The notes under the pieces were generated by a model. It made no database searches. It saw only the letters and a list, made by a program, of their open reading frames with translations, and had not been told where the DNA came from. Shown piece by piece: positions 1-15,200 of a DNA stretch of 64,000 nucleotides (within the stretch, counting starts at the first letter, position 1; each line of letters starts with the position of its first letter). Made by a program: the position numbers and the translations under genes. Source of the stretch: Cetorhinus maximus (taxonomy: Eukaryota); contig NC_135902.1 of assembly GCF_964194155.1 (NCBI RefSeq), positions 30,442,001 to 30,506,000 of the forward strand, in the 5' to 3' direction.

Positions 1-118
1 AAACTTTCACACAGCAAAATTAAAATTCTCAAAAAATGTTAGCAAAATTGGTATTTAAGAATAAATCTAACATTTAAAAAATTACATTCGTTGGGTCTTA
101 TAAAAGCTGGTTTCTTGA

Positions 119-280
119 TTAAATGCGTTCATAACTGAAACCACGAGAATGCATTTCTGCCTTCCACTCCACTAGGATGAAAGAGATTGTGCCAAAGAAT
201 CCAGCCACACCAAGGATAAGCAGCTGCCACTCGAGCAGTAGATAATTGCTGTAGCCAAACGCTATTGCTGCACTGATAGA
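119..280 (-). CDS. MFSD11: MFSD11 terminal coding exon 13
   Basis: [53 protein letters not shown]; stop at 119-121. Confidence 0.94.
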   Translation of the reverse strand, partial: SISAAIAFGYSNYLLLEWQLLILGVAGFFGTISFILVEWKAEMHSRGFSYERI

Positions 281-3200
281 CTGGTGGAGGGGGAAAAATA
301 ACATTCAGTGACTGCATTGCTAAATAGATTCTTCAATGTGTAGAATAAACAAAATTTTTAAAAACATTGAATATGAAACCATTCTTTACTACTAAAATTC
401 ATATTATATAACTGTTTGAGTTGCCTTTGCGTCATACGCATGCATGAGAAAGCTCTTCATTCTTACTTGCACAAACTTGAAGACAGCAAATGCAGGGGCA
501 CTTTCTTCAGAATGCATAAATCCCACAATACTGAGGAGCTGCGTGTTAAAACAGCTGTCACCTAGTCCCAGAAGGAAACTGCAAACCATAGCGATGATTT
601 TGCTGTGGAACAAAATGATAAATTATGAGCTGAGAAATTCATGAATGAAACACAAAAACTTTAGTATATATCTATCACTTTAATTCTGTAGAAATTTTAA
701 CTGCTGTTTGGTCAGTGAGAGAAAGTAAGATAAAACTAATTGTTTTTCAACTAGTTTAGTCCCATGCATACAAGCAAGCTTTGAAAAAGGTAAAAAGCCA
801 ACCTATTTTTGGTAAACAGTCAGGAAAAGGAAGCCAAAACGCAGGTTCTCAGCATATTCTTTATATTAGAACAGGAAACCTGTCCCAAAGAGTAGTCAGT
901 GAAAATCACATCCAACTGGTTATATTCTGGCCAGATTCAGTTTAATGTTTATCTCCAGTCTAGAAGAGATATTAATGTGTATAATGTTGTTGGAAATTAT
1001 TTTTAAATTGGACTTGTAGTGGGGTCTGTGTCTGTGTGTGGTAATTGGATCAAAGCCAGCTAGTCTGGGTGCTTTGATGTATAGTAATTTGAGATGTTAA
1101 TTAGATAAACAGAAGGCTAGAAAAAGTACACTTGCATTTGTTGAACCATTCAAAAGAAGGGAGTAAAACCTTGCACCTAGCTAAGAGACGCCAAGCAATG
1201 CGTTTATATTACTAATAAAATTGGTGCTATGCAAGGGGTTTTATTGTTAGAAGAGGTAGAGTTCAAAGACCTAGTGATACAATGAGAATTTACATTCAAA
1301 GGGAAGGCTAGGTCTAAGCAGAAAGGAGTTTTGTATATGCAGGTCAGAGGCATCCAAGATCTAATCAGCCTGTAAGCCAATAACTATCTGCAAAGGAACC
1401 AAATTGCAAGGGACCTCATTTTGAATTCGTAAGGTTAAATGTGCTTTGCCTGGTGTCTGTTTAAAGTCTATGGGTTATTGTTGCCTTAATGAAGCTTTAT
1501 CTGGGAGTGATTAATTTGGGGACTTGTTTAAAAGTTATTATGGTAGTAATTTGTAGACATGTGTATGTGTTTAATTTCTTGTTAAATTAATAAATGTTTA
1601 ATTTAGTTTATATAAAAAAACCTCTTGAGGCTTGGTGATTTCATTCCTGAATTCAGAGCTGCATCTCAAAAATGCCAATTGAAAATATAAGTTAAGGCAG
1701 TTGTTCAAGTTTCCCTCTGGGATTTAAACAACTCAGCCTTTACCAACCGCTGTGTCATAACAATCCTTGTTCTCTTAATTGTAGGTTTAGTAGCATTTCT
1801 CAAATAATCAGTTCCCTAAACAAATTAATTCCCTAGTGACAAGCAGAAGCACAAATCAAAATATATGACTAACCTGGGAATTAAATAAGAAACTCTATTT
1901 GTCCCTTCATCAGGAACAATTGGTGCATCCCCTGGTACATTTAAGAATATCAGATAGAAGGCTATCATGTGAGTTAATAAACCCAGAAGAACTATAGGGT
2001 TCCTGCCAATGCCGAGATATTTGCTGAGGAATTTGTTCAATAAACCAAAAGTTGCACCACCTAGAAATAAAAATTTACAAAACGAAGTCAATGCAATTCT
2101 GTTTAATATAAGCAGATTTCAATATTTAATAATTAATGCAACTGCAAATGATCACAAACCTATGATTTCTCCAACACCAATGAAGATGCCAGATAAACCA
2201 ATCAGGCTTTTGGCTTCATTCCCAAAGCGATTTGTTGCCCCCAAACAGGTCCCATAGACCCCACTGAAAAAGGTTAGCTCAAAACCTAGAAAAGAAACAA
2301 TTCAACATTTTCACTGACTCAATCTCTGCCTTATCTCTTGCTTAAACTCTGAAACATAAGTAATTTTATCATTTAGCTTCCTCGCATTAACTAACTAGTC
2401 CTTTTGCTGTACCACCAGTCAACCAACTAGCAAATTAACAACACTTGAATGGTGCAGGATAGATCCACGTCATTTCACATCATAGCAATACCAATCATTA
2501 GAAGTGCACAGCTGAGTATATGCATCCTCCAGAGGTTGGTTATGCAACACGATTGTAGGCCCAAGATGTTTGCTCTAGCCTCCCTCTTGCTGGGAATATG
2601 GTGATGTTTTAAAATGAACAGGAACTAAATGTTTGTAATCAATAAAATTGTAACAGAAACATCATCCTTAAAGTCTTTATTTTTAATGGATATAACTTCT
2701 TCACAATATTAATGATTAAAAAAATGTTGTTCACTCTGTATAAAAGAACATTTTGAAAAATGTAACTAGGGAATTAATTTGATTTACAACATGCAAAAAT
2801 AATTGAATTGAAGCAATCAAAACTTAAAAAAAGAATTTTTGACAAGCAAAATCTCGTATCTACACAAACTCCTTTATTAGATTTATCTGACTTCTGGGAG
2901 GATCTTACCAGTGTAAGCAATAGTAATACTTAGTAGCAGCATATCTTTGGTGAAGAATATACGGATTGCACTTCCTATTATAGAAAGAAAATTCTCATTA
3001 ACACAATAAAAGATTTTAAGAAAGTTCTAGTAATTTACTAGAAAACTGGCTACTTACACATGTACATCTAGGGCAGAATTGTAATGAAACTGACCAGCTT
3101 GCAATGGGGAGGCCTGAAGCAGGTCAGGTACCCGTTTCTCAAAGAAGCGGGCTTTGCCTTGGTTGTTAAACCCAGCTACATATTCCATTTTTCACATACA

Positions 3201-6200
3201 TGAATCTCTGCTTTCTCCCCTTGCAGAAGAGAGTCCACAACTCCAGGGAGAGGCAGAGGACTTGGGGTGGTCAATCATGGCCACATTAGCCACTGCAGTG
3301 CAACAGGCCTTGGAGATCAAGTGGTGGGCTTCATAGCTGCTGGTGATAGAGACAGGAGTCTCAGACATAGGGTGACAAAATTAAATATCACACTGTCACT
3401 TAGCGCACAATGGGGAGGCGGTGGCATAGTGGTAATGTCACTGAATGAGTGATCCAGAGGTCCAAGTTAATGCTCTGGGGAACAGGGTTTCAAATCCCAC
3501 TATGGCAGCTGGTGGAATTTAGATTCAATTAGTAAATCTGGAATCACCACCTGCCTTCACCACCCTGCCTCAACTGATGAATCAATACCCCTCCATGTTG
3601 AACAATAATTGGAAGAAGCACTAAGGTCAAGGGCACAGAATGTACTTTGGGTGGGGGACTTCAATGTCCGTCATCAAGAGTGGTTCGGTTGCAACAATAG
3701 TGACCGAGCTAGCCGGGTCCTGAAATTGATAGCCGCTAGACTAGGTCTGTGGCAGGTGGTGAGGGAACCAGAGGGAAATCCTACTTGGCCTTGTCCTCAG
3801 CCTTCTACCTGTCACAGACGCATCTGTCCACGACAGTACTAGTAGGAATGACCACCTCACAGTCCTTGCGGAAATGAAGTCCCATCTTCATATTGAAGAT
3901 ACTCATGTTGTATGGCACTTCCGCCATGCAACATGGGATAGGTTTAGAACAGATTTAGCAATTCAAAACTGGGCATCCATGAGACACTGTAGGCCATCAG
4001 CAGAAGAATGGTACTCACCCACAATCTATAACCTCATGGCCCATCATATCCCCCACTCTACCATTGCCAAGAAGCCAGGGGATCAATGAAAAGTGCAGGA
4101 AGGCATGGCAGGAGTAGCACCAGGCATACCTAAAAATGAGGTGTCAACCTGGTGAAGTTACAACACAGGACTATTTGCATGCCAAACAGAGTGAGCAGCA
4201 AGTGATAAACAGGGCTAAGCAATTCCACAACCAATGGATCCAATCTAAGCTCTTCAGCCCTGCCACATCTAGTTGTGAGTGGTGGTGATCAATTAAACAA
4301 TTATCTGAAGAAGGTGATTCCACAAATATTCCCATCTTCAATGATGAGGGAGCCCAGCACATCGCTGCAAAAGACAAGGCTAAATCATTTACAATCATTT
4401 TCGGCCAGATGTGCTGAGTAGATGATCCAGCTCAGCCTCCTCCTTCAGCTAGTTTGATTCACTCCATGCGCTATCAAGGAACAGCTGAAAACACTGGGCT
4501 ACTAAAAAGGCTATGGGCATTGACAACATTTCAGCAATAACACTGAAGACTTGTGCTTCAGAATGAGCAGTGACTCTATCCAAGCTGTTCCAGTACAGCT
4601 ACAACACTGGCATCTACCCAGCAACATGGAAAATTTCCCATGTTTGTCCTGTCCACAAAAAGCACGATAAATTCAACCTGGTCAATTACCAGAAGCTGAG
4701 TGGCCCTGGCAAAACCCAAAATGTGCAGCAGTGAGCAGGTTATTGCTGAGCAAGTGCCGCTTGATAGCACTGTTGAATTTCTCTTCCAAGTACCTTGAAG
4801 CATACTAATTGATAGCAGGTATATTGGTTGATAACTTGATGGCAATTTTGGATCTTTGCCTGGTTTGGGGAGACCGATGACTTTAGACATGCGCCAAGAT
4901 TTTGGCAGTCTTCCCTCACATATGACCCTTGTAAACAACTGGGCCAACCAGCAGCGGGTTCGTGGACCCAGGCGTTTTAGGAAATCAGTGCAGAACTACG
5001 TCATAAAGTCCAAGATGGATGAAATGACTTCCAAAAAGCTGGAAATCACCTTTAGAGCAGTGAAACACACAGTCTTAGAAAAGCAACTATACAGTTTTGC
5101 TCTTTAAAGTCTTTCCAGCCTGTCATTTTCAGAAAACAATCATTCTCTATGATCTTGCCTTCTGGACCCTGGTGAGTTTCACACAGCTTGGGAGACCTGT
5201 GCACACACTGTTAAAGCCAGAATGTTAGGTAGCAGAATTAATTGGCTCCTTATATATTACAGAGTTGACATCTTCACAGGGTGATTTCAGTGCTCCTCCA
5301 AATGCACTGCAGTAAAAGCCAGAAGTGAGTGAAGCATGTTAGGTTTCCCATAAGCCAGCATATTTTTTGGATTTAACTGCCCGCCTGTACCTGTGACCAC
5401 ATCCCCCCTTGCCAGTTAAAAATTTGTCCATAAAAGCATGCTTACGAAATGCATCTATTGCTGGTGATCGTTGTTCTTGAGGTCTGTAAACAATGCAAAA
5501 CAATTTGTTAAATCACCTGAGAAATCTAACTACTACTGAGCCCCACAGAATTAGTCAAATGGTTAATATTTAATATTCAGATTAATAGGCATTTCCAATT
5601 GGATCGGTTCAACTTAAGCAGGACTCTCATCTTGTGCATAGCACAAGGCTGCATTGGTTACAAAATGTCACCCCTACTTGCTCTATAATTATGGATAAAT
5701 TATCAAGAGGTGAAAGTTATTGAATTTCTTTTAATCTGCTTTTGACACAAATTTAAGCTATCCCAACCTTAATCTATAGCATGCCACACAAATTGAAATG
5801 TTGGTGAATGCAGAAAAAGAAATTAAAACTAGAGATTAGTTTATTGCTATGCAAGAAGAAATTAGTTTCAACAAATAAATTAATTTGTGTTCATGAATAT
5901 GCTGAAGCTAAATAAATTTTTGTGAAGGAATTAAACTCCTTTGCTCATGCATAAAGTAACCAACTTGGTTTATCCTGAACTGTTACTTAAACGACAAACT
6001 GATTCAGATAAAGATAAGGTCAGAAGCACTGAATAACAATATTGGATCGGTGATAGAAAGGGAGGTGGTGATTTACTGCAGGGTGCTGAAAGGACAGTAA
6101 CCGTCATTCTGGTTCTTATGCCCTGGCAATCCAGCTCTACACATGAGTGCTTTTCTTGCCCACCTGAAGTTTTGGAAAAGTTTGTATATGTATATTAAGA

Positions 6201-9200
6201 GGAATGTGATGGTTTTCAACATTGCATCATATGCACTTGAGGCCTATTAAGCAAATAAATTAAAATAAACTTGCACATTCCCAATTTACAGCCTCAAGTT
6301 CAATGCATCTATACAGAATCTCTCCAGCACATGCACACACAAATAAAAAGGAAAAATTAAACCTATGAATTTCCCAATATAACAAATAGTAGAATTGCTC
6401 ATCATAGCCTCTATTTAAAAAACAACAACAAACTCACCGAAGTACAGTATCAGACTCATCATCACGTGTGTCTTCTTCTGTAGCCAAAACCTCTGAAGCA
6501 GGTTTCCTTATAAGTAAAAATAGGACACTTCCCACTCCACTAATTACAGTTAGTGCAGTAAAAACGGTCCTCCGGTTATGATCTGAGAAGACCAAAAAAG
6601 AAAGATTAGTATGAAATTATTAAACTGCTAAAACAGAGAAAGAGGGGAAGAGTGCATTTATGAACTTAGGGGAAAAGAACAAGACAGCAAGATGGCTCTA
6701 TAAAGTAGGGAGGGATGGGTGAAGATGGGATACAGTAACTCCATAAAGAGACACGGGGGAAGAATATTGCACAATTGTGGGAGGAGGATGGCAAAGGCAA
6801 ATAAAGCGCAGCCAAAAAAGAAGAGGGAGAAGATAGATAGACTGACTCTGTGAAGGAGGAATGGAACTAGGAAGGGGGAGAACTCAGTGCTAACATAGTT
6901 ATAGAGACAAAGTTAAGATCATAGAATTTTATAATTTTACAAAAGGAAATACGAATATTAAAAAGGTTGAAAATCACCACGCATTGACAATATTGTACTA
7001 GAGGGCATTGTGTAAAAGATTAATAGATACTAAGCAAACAGTACTGCAAACCTTTAGAAGATATTTGCTAACCAATAGCCACCAGCTGGTGAGATAATGG
7101 ATTTGATGCATTAAAGACTATAAATACAGAATCAGTGTCAATCTGCACAGCCGGCAGCCATTTGGCCCATCCAGTCCATGCCTACATAGTATATGCAGCA
7201 CCATTTTGAACAGCACTACATTTATAAATTTTTAGCCCCATATTTCTTAAAACATCCCCAAACAGTTACTGCATTCTGGTTGCATCCCATACTCCATTAA
7301 TGTCATGCTCCTGTAAGGATGTACAAAAACTTGTGCTTCAACATAAAAATGGGGTTAATCCATTAGTATTTGTCAGGGTCAGCACTGGAGAAGCTAATAG
7401 TGCCAGTGTTCTGGCAAAAATATATTTTAAAAAAACAGTAAGCATAGCGAGTACTGAGAATTGTGGAGGGTAGACAGTGCGACATAGCACAATGCTAACA
7501 AAAATTCAGTTTTACATCAATGTGATAGATGAAGATAGTCAATAATGAATGGATGACCTTTCATTAGTTCCCAAGAGTATTCCTTTAATATCTATTGTGA
7601 AATGTTACAGGTGGTGCATGGAACAGCATTTGTGCAATGAAGTTTGTCTCTCGTTATTAATTGAGAAAGTAATTTTTAATATTCATAATCAATAAAAAGG
7701 CAAAGCACCAAAACAAGCAAAACTCTAAATCTGTTGGTTAATAAGTACCAGTACTCTGCAATAAAATACTTTCTATGGCTCAGTTTCTACTTGCATATGT
7801 TCAGTACAGGTTTTGGATGAAACTGACCTGAGATATGCTTTTCTCCTTTCCAGGCAATATATATATACAGATTTCCAAACAAAAGACTAGAGAAAGAAAA
7901 GGGATGATTATACTTCCACTGAATAAAAACAGGCTACTTATTATTACTGAACTAATGATTATTATAATAATAGTTAAAATAGAAGAATTAATTGAAACTA
8001 GATGTGACTAAAACACAGGCAAATTCAAATAACATTTAGGTAATTTTATTGTGCCAGAAGCAGCATTATTTTACCATTCTAACTTAGAGGGTACAGTTCC
8101 AAATGCAGCAGCTGCTCTCTAGAACTTCACCCAAATGACAAAACTTAGGAACAAAAAAAAATTAGCTTGCTGAGCAAGACATCTGGGGGGGGGGAGATGT
8201 CAGAGATTTGTTTGCGTCACGCTGTTCTGTTGATTTCCTGAGGGCAGGCAGCACCATGGGTTGCTCCCGGCCTGGCATACTTCAATTATATCAAGGGAGA
8301 ACACAGTGCTCACTGTGCCACTGCTTGCCTGGGGAATCAATATAAGTCACACAAACATTTCTTCCCCCACTGTATAAGAGAAGGTTTGATAATAAACCTT
8401 GAAACTTTATTATTTAGTACTGAAACATCAGGAAGGGAAAACGGAACAGATTTAGAAATATATTTTAAACTACACAAGAATGCATATCCCAGTGTTTGAT
8501 CAGATCACAATATGGATATGCTAGCATCTATTTGAACATATTGCATCTAGCTAAGTCCAACACTGTATTTGGGTACAAGTAGTCTGCAAAATAGTTCACC
8601 ATTTGAATTGTTTAGGTCAAACTCAGTTTTACGAAATATATCAAGATGACAACAAAAGGCATCACAGTTGAGCATCAAGTGTATGTCATGAGAAGCTGAA
8701 TTTAGAAGGATACCAAATCACAAGTATTTTAAGATTAAGAAATTATCTAAAAAAACTTATTCTGTAAGGTTTGCTGGGTCATCTTTAGCAAATATAGATA
8801 CAAATTACAATAAGAATCTACAATTCTGTTGAGTTCTGATTTTGGAATTTTATAATCATCTTTCCCCATACCATCAACTTCATATACCTGCTCCCAAAAA
8901 AATCTTGTTTTACAAAACAACATGAGGAGCATTTTTAAAAGAAAAGACACTGCATTTTAAATGCTTCAGTTTCTGTAACTTTTAAATACTTATGAGCTAT
9001 TTGAACTTAAACATTCAACTTTCAGTATGGAAATGTAATGGCTGTCAATGTTTGTTGGAAAATACAATTCCCAAGTCTGTACTGCCCATTAGAAACATTA
9101 CAAATCTCACTAAGTAATTAGCAAAGATCAGTCAGAAAGCAAATTGGAGTGCTATGTTCATATAATATATTCAAGTTTCAAAACTTAAAAACGGTTGAAA

Positions 9201-12200
9201 CAGGGAAGGAGGGCTGGGGGAAGAAATGTCCAAAAAGAGCAGCAAGAAGTATTAGTAAGTTCACAGATTTATATGTATTACAACATAAACCAATAAGCAT
9301 ACATTAAAAGTTTCACCTCCACGTGATTGGCACTTGGATGCATAATCCCATATTTAAATAGAAAACATGAGAGGTGAAAAACTCCCAGCCTTGAAATATC
9401 TCTACAATGCACACATTTATTCATCTAAGTAGAGTTCAGTAATGCTGTGCTCTAGTTTGTAAAGTTAATTTTTAGTAAATACCTAAATTGTAAGAGAGCC
9501 CAAAATATACCACTGTTTCTTCCAATAGTGTTTTCATCGGAGTTCACTGTCAAACAGTTGCCTTGTGCCGTCCATATCACTGAAAAGAAATAAGGATCAG
9601 AAATGTTCAAGCATTGGAACAATCATCTCTATCACACAATACCCCTTTCCCCGTCTCAAGCAAGCAAAGGAGATGCTACATCTTCACTTTTACCTCCTTC
9701 CTTCTCACTGACCTAGGCCTCAATCACTCCTTCCAGGTGAAACAGCAATTTACTTGTACTCCTTTCAATTTAATATACTGTATTCTCTGCTCATGATGCA
9801 ATCTTCTCTACGTCAGTGACACTAAACACAGATTGGGTGATCACTTTACGAAGCATACCCATTCAGTTCGCAAGCGTGGCCCTGATCTTCCAGTCACCTG
9901 TCATTTTGATTTTCAGCTCCATTCCCACTCTGACCTTGCTGTCCTTGGCCTTGGCCTCCTAGACTGTTACAAGCTCAATGTAACAGTGAGGAACAGTGTT
10001 TCGATTAGGCACTTTACAGTCTGCCAGACATAATACCGAGTTGAACAAGTTGAGATCGTAATTTCTGCTCCCTTTTTTTGTGTTTCTTTTTCATTGTAAT
10101 TCCCAACATGGATCAGAAGTCCCCTCTGTGCATGGGCATGGTTTACAGGGCAGCAGGGATCCCCGCGCTTCGAGATGCTTTGGAGACTTGGACAAGCTAT
10201 AGCAGGCATCTCAAAGCACTGGAGAATAACCATCAGTGGTGCCTTTGCAAGATCCTCCAAATTCGGGGGCAAGAAAAATGATCTAAAAATAGTGCCCTCT
10301 CCCAAGCCAACTTGCCCAGCATCGAGGCACTAATCACTCAAGACCAGTTCCAATGGACAGACATGTTGTCCACATGCCTGCCACCAAACTTCCAAATCAA
10401 CTGCTCTACTCGGAACTTGGTCATGACAGGAGACTCCCAGGAGGACAGTGAAAACGCTTTAGGGATGTCCTCAAAGCATCCCTAAAGAGGTCAAAGATAC
10501 CCATTGGCTCATGGAACGCCTTGGCTTGTGAGCAACCAAAATGGAGAAGGCATATTCAGGAAGGCATCAAATGCATTGAGGTTCTTTGTTGGGAACGTGC
10601 AGAAGTGAAGCTGAGAGGTTGGAGAGAGCGCACAAACCTCCAAACAACCTATCTACCCAACACTTCAAGTACCACCTGTCCTGTGGCAGAATCTGCAGAT
10701 TGCATGTTGGACCTATAAGCCATCTCAGAATCCATCAAACATGAGTGGAAGCAAGTCATCCTTGATCCCAAGGGACTGCCTAAGAAAGAGAAGAATAGCC
10801 ATGGGGAGAGTTTAACAATATCAAAACAGCAATTACACACTGTGCCACTGAAGCCAAACAGTCACTGGCTTCGATGTCACTGACACTAACTGTCCATGGG
10901 CGGGAAGTTCACTCCCTGCAGCTGCAGCATCAACAAGTGTAGCCTTGTTTGTTTTGGGATGGCAGCTGTTGGTAATGATCCTGCATTTCCCCATTAACAA
11001 CTTCTGCAGACATCTTTTGTTTCTGTATTTGTCTCAGTACTATCCCACTTCTATCATGCACTCTCTCTTGTCATTTAATCTCTGTCCTCACAGATCTTTC
11101 TCTTTTCTTCTTTGCCTCTCCTCCCCACAACCAGTGCCTCCTTTCCCTGCCTCTGTACTTGCTTAATACAGAAAAGACTGGAAATACTCAAGTCAGGCAG
11201 CACCCTATGGGCATAGAAACAGAGTTAACATTTCAGGTCAATGACCTTTCATCAGAACTGGGGAAAGTTAGAAATGTAGTAGATTTTAAGCAGATGAAAT
11301 GGCAGGGGGGTGCGCATAGAACAAAAGGGAAGGTCTGTGATAGGATGAAGGACAGGAAAGATTAAATGACAAAAGAGTTGGTGGGTCAGGGCCAAAGTAA
11401 GTGATAATGGGACAAACAAAGAAACAAATTATGTGTCTAGAGGAGGTATGAATGGCAGAATGAAGAATGGTTGCTGTTGAAGAGCAAAAACAAGGGAAAA
11501 ACAAGAGTAAAACCAAAACATGCAAAGAAAATGGGGGCCAGAGGTTACAGTCTGAAACTGTTGAACTTGTTGAGCTTGGAAAGCTGTAAAGCGTCTAATC
11601 TAAAAAATGAGGTGCTGTTCCTCGAACTTATGTTGAACTTCATTTGAAATTTGCATTAAGCCGAGGACAGAGGTCAGAGTGAGAGCAAGGTAGGGACTTA
11701 AACTGACAGGTGACCTGAAGCTCGGGGTTATGCTTGCTGACTGAAAAAAGGCGCTCCACAAAGCGGTCACCCAATCTGTATTTGGCTTACCCAATGAAAT
11801 AGAAATGGGTTGGCAGAAATACACATGCTGACTCCAAAGTACACTTTTCTTTCTATGTTTTGCTTTTGCTCGTATTTTCCTGCTATTCTGCAGCTGTTCA
11901 CCATTCACATCTCCTCAAGACACTTCTCCCATTAGCATTCCCTTTGGAACTGTACCACCAACTCTTTTGACATTTAATCTCTCCTGTCACCCAGACCTTC
12001 CCTTTTGTTCGTGAAAACCCTTCCCCATTTCACCTGCTTAAAAACTGAATACATTTCAAACTATTTCCAGCTCTGATGAAAGGTAATCAACTGCAATGAC
12101 AACTCTGTTTCTCTGTTCACAGATGCTGCCAGACTTGCTATGTATTTTCAGGATATTGTTTTTATTATTGTAACAACCATCTTAGGCCAGTTTAGTAAAC

Positions 12201-15200
12201 TATTCCAGTGATCATAGTTTATGGGTTACTGGAATGTATGTACTAACTAATTGTTGAAGATCTTAAGTGGAAATCTTACAAAATGTTGTTCAGGTATTTC
12301 TGCAAATTAACATAGAGCACTTTCAGATTGACATACATGTGGAATACTCATGTGTTAGGGGGTCAAGATACAGCAATCTGCATAATTAGCTTTACATTGC
12401 AACAGTTGACATTTATTAATCAGGACTGAGTGTCGGCAATCTGAACATTTAAGAGAATTGGGTGGTGGGAGTCCAGTAGAGGAGTACATGTCAATGCACT
12501 CAGAGTAACCTTGAAGTATTTTTTTTTAATTCATTCAAGATTTGAATTACAACTATATTTCATACAAACTTCAGATCAATATTGTAGTAATTGTAGGGAA
12601 GATTTCCTCTGTGACCGACAGAGCAAACTCTTAACCTAGTAATGAAGAGCTGGTTTACAATTATTCCATTGGTACAGGGAGGAAATCTTCCACTTTTGTA
12701 TTTAGTTTCCTTTTATCAAAGAAAAATATTGCACTTTTTTTTTCAGGCCACATGGGTCAGGCAAATCAAGATCCACTGCTTCAAGGCTCTAAACTATATG
12801 GCTCAAGTCAACTGCTGGAAGCTGAGAGAGAACAGTCCAGTAACCACTCCCTCAGACTTTCCTTCGCTTTCAAAAACTGCTCAACCTTTGGGGGAAATTA
12901 AACCAATGTCCAACCAAATCACTTGTACCAAACATAGATTCCATGTATTGTACCACTGATATGTTTTGAAATATTACATTTGGTTTTACTTTCATCATCT
13001 TTGTTATGATTACTATTTCTCAGTTGAAAAGTCAAATGCACGCAACATCATCATCCTTGGACGATTAAGTTTTCCAGAGTCACCCGAGTAATCCATTTTG
13101 TCCGCCCCAAAAGTAGGGCTGCAATAGGAACCTTGATACTGGGGCATTCAGCAATTCAACAGCAAAAGTACAGTTGCAAGCAATGAAGCTTCCAGATATC
13201 CACAAATTAAGTTGTAAGGAAAGAATAAGAAAACTGGTAAAATTTGCTGTTTAATTAAAAACAAACTACAAAAAGTGAGTGATCTAACTAAGGTTAAGGT
13301 TACAAATGGAACTGACCAGGCAAATTGCTCTTTATGGTGAAGACTTCAAATACCAAAAGGACACAAATAAAAATTTGGAAGTTAAGGAGTTCAAAAAAGA
13401 AATAGGTGAAACATTTCACCCAACAGACTTAATTTGAGGATGCTGCCAAAAATATGAAAGCAAAATGAACAATTTGTTCAGGAATAAAATGTCAAAATTC
13501 ACAGGAATTACAATTGTCAATGAAGGAAGAGAAAATAACAGATTTTACCTGTAGCTGCAGTAACTTCAAAGTGTGAGAACAGGGAGGATCATGTGGCTTT
13601 AATGAGGATACTTAGAACAAAGCATTTAAAACATAGACAAAATTTGATTGTTTTGTCCCTCTGAAAGATGATCAATGAGCACTGTGGATAGATACCTGAA
13701 GCTTGCTACTGCCTATTGAACCATGAATCACCATCTCTAGAGTGAAAGGAAAAAATAACTCGACAGAAGGAGGAAAAATGTCACATCCACATCAGTTGAA
13801 AACAACTACTAAGATGATTAAGTCAAATCGACCCAATCCAAAAAAATCCAAATGGAATCTCTACTTAGCTTTCGTCTATCATGAGGCAAAATGCTCATGC
13901 CCGACTTAGTTCACAGTTTGGATGAAACTAATTTAAGAATGTAATACAAATAGTACGACTAGAAAACTTCTCACACGTTATGGAATTTTAATCATTATTT
14001 TCTCATCCTAAAAAGAAAACATTCGGTTAACAAATCAAATTTCATTAGCATAGATCAGATCCTCACTAAAAGCTTTTCTCCTCAGGTCTTATGCACGTGG
14101 CTTAGCACAGCAGAACGAAAACTCACCTGCAGCTGCTATTCCAATGACGACAGAAGACAAGTAAAATGACCAAGTGAGTGGCTCAATGAAAACTGCAGCG
14201 TAGGCACTGAAAAAAAGACAATTTTGACTAAATATAAATGTACCCCAATTTAACTCAGTAAATTATAATCCCTCTATTATAGTCAAGATTTTGTGAAAAA
14301 TACAAGGACTCCTCCATGGAACATTGAAATAGGAAATCATCCTTTCACTGAGTACTGATGAACTCAGTGTATTTCATACAAAAGCTGAAAATAAGCTGTT
14401 TTTAAAAAAAAATCATATTTATCATTTTATGTTAAATTATGCAAAGGAATGAAATGCATTTAATTTCATGGTGAATACTGCCAAGTAATTTGGACAATAT
14501 TCAGCTTGGGGAAACTTCTCATACCACAAGTGTTCACATACAGATACTGCAAATTATGATAGAAACAGAAAATTCTCGACATACAATGTAACATCTTGCT
14601 AATCTTCATAGATTTCTTTTTCCTTTGATCAGTTTTGTTACAATCCCCACAGAGACAGATAACTTTTTAAAAGAGATGAATTTCCAAAATGACCATTGGA
14701 AATAACCAAAGGACAAGATTTCATCCTTTAAGACTTCTATTGCAACAAATAAACCTAAATCAAACTTACTTAACAGGCAACTAATACATCGAACAAAAGA
14801 AGAGGTGCTTTTGCATTAACTATCTAAAGCAATCGAGATGAGTCTTACAACCCCTTTCTGTGCAATGAACTTCTAGCAGATGAGTAACATTACAAGAACA
14901 AGTCTAATGTTACTCCCAACTCTCCAGTTGGCTCATTTCTCCCCGCGCAAGGCTGCAACTTCCAGTGTTCTTTGAACGTCAGCCCAAGTTTTCCAGGCCC
15001 AACTTCCACCAGCAATGCCCATCTCAGGGACTCCTTGTTCCTAAATCTCCAAAAGACCCGTCTGTTCTGTTCCCTTCCTTTCAAACAGGAAATGGATTCT
15101 TGCAAGTATTCTGCTCCTCTATAGCGGGTAGTTGCTTTCTCTCTCTCTCTCTCCTCCCGTGTGTCTCACCAAGCAGCTGTCCCTTTATACTGTGAGCCAC

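Larger units (their letters stand above)
9640..12170. mobile_element. Penelope-like element cluster (GIY-YIG endonuclease remnants and pLTR copies in alternating orientation), interrupted by an RTE fragment
   Basis: [22 protein letters not shown]...[23 protein letters not shown] (9640-10010, +); inverted copy 11165-11800; further + copy 11850-12170; hammerhead motif at 11223-11260. Confidence 0.8.

Noticed and set aside
3412-3510. Possible tRNA gene
   Set aside because: Has A/B boxes but no cloverleaf, and continues into a SINE body.
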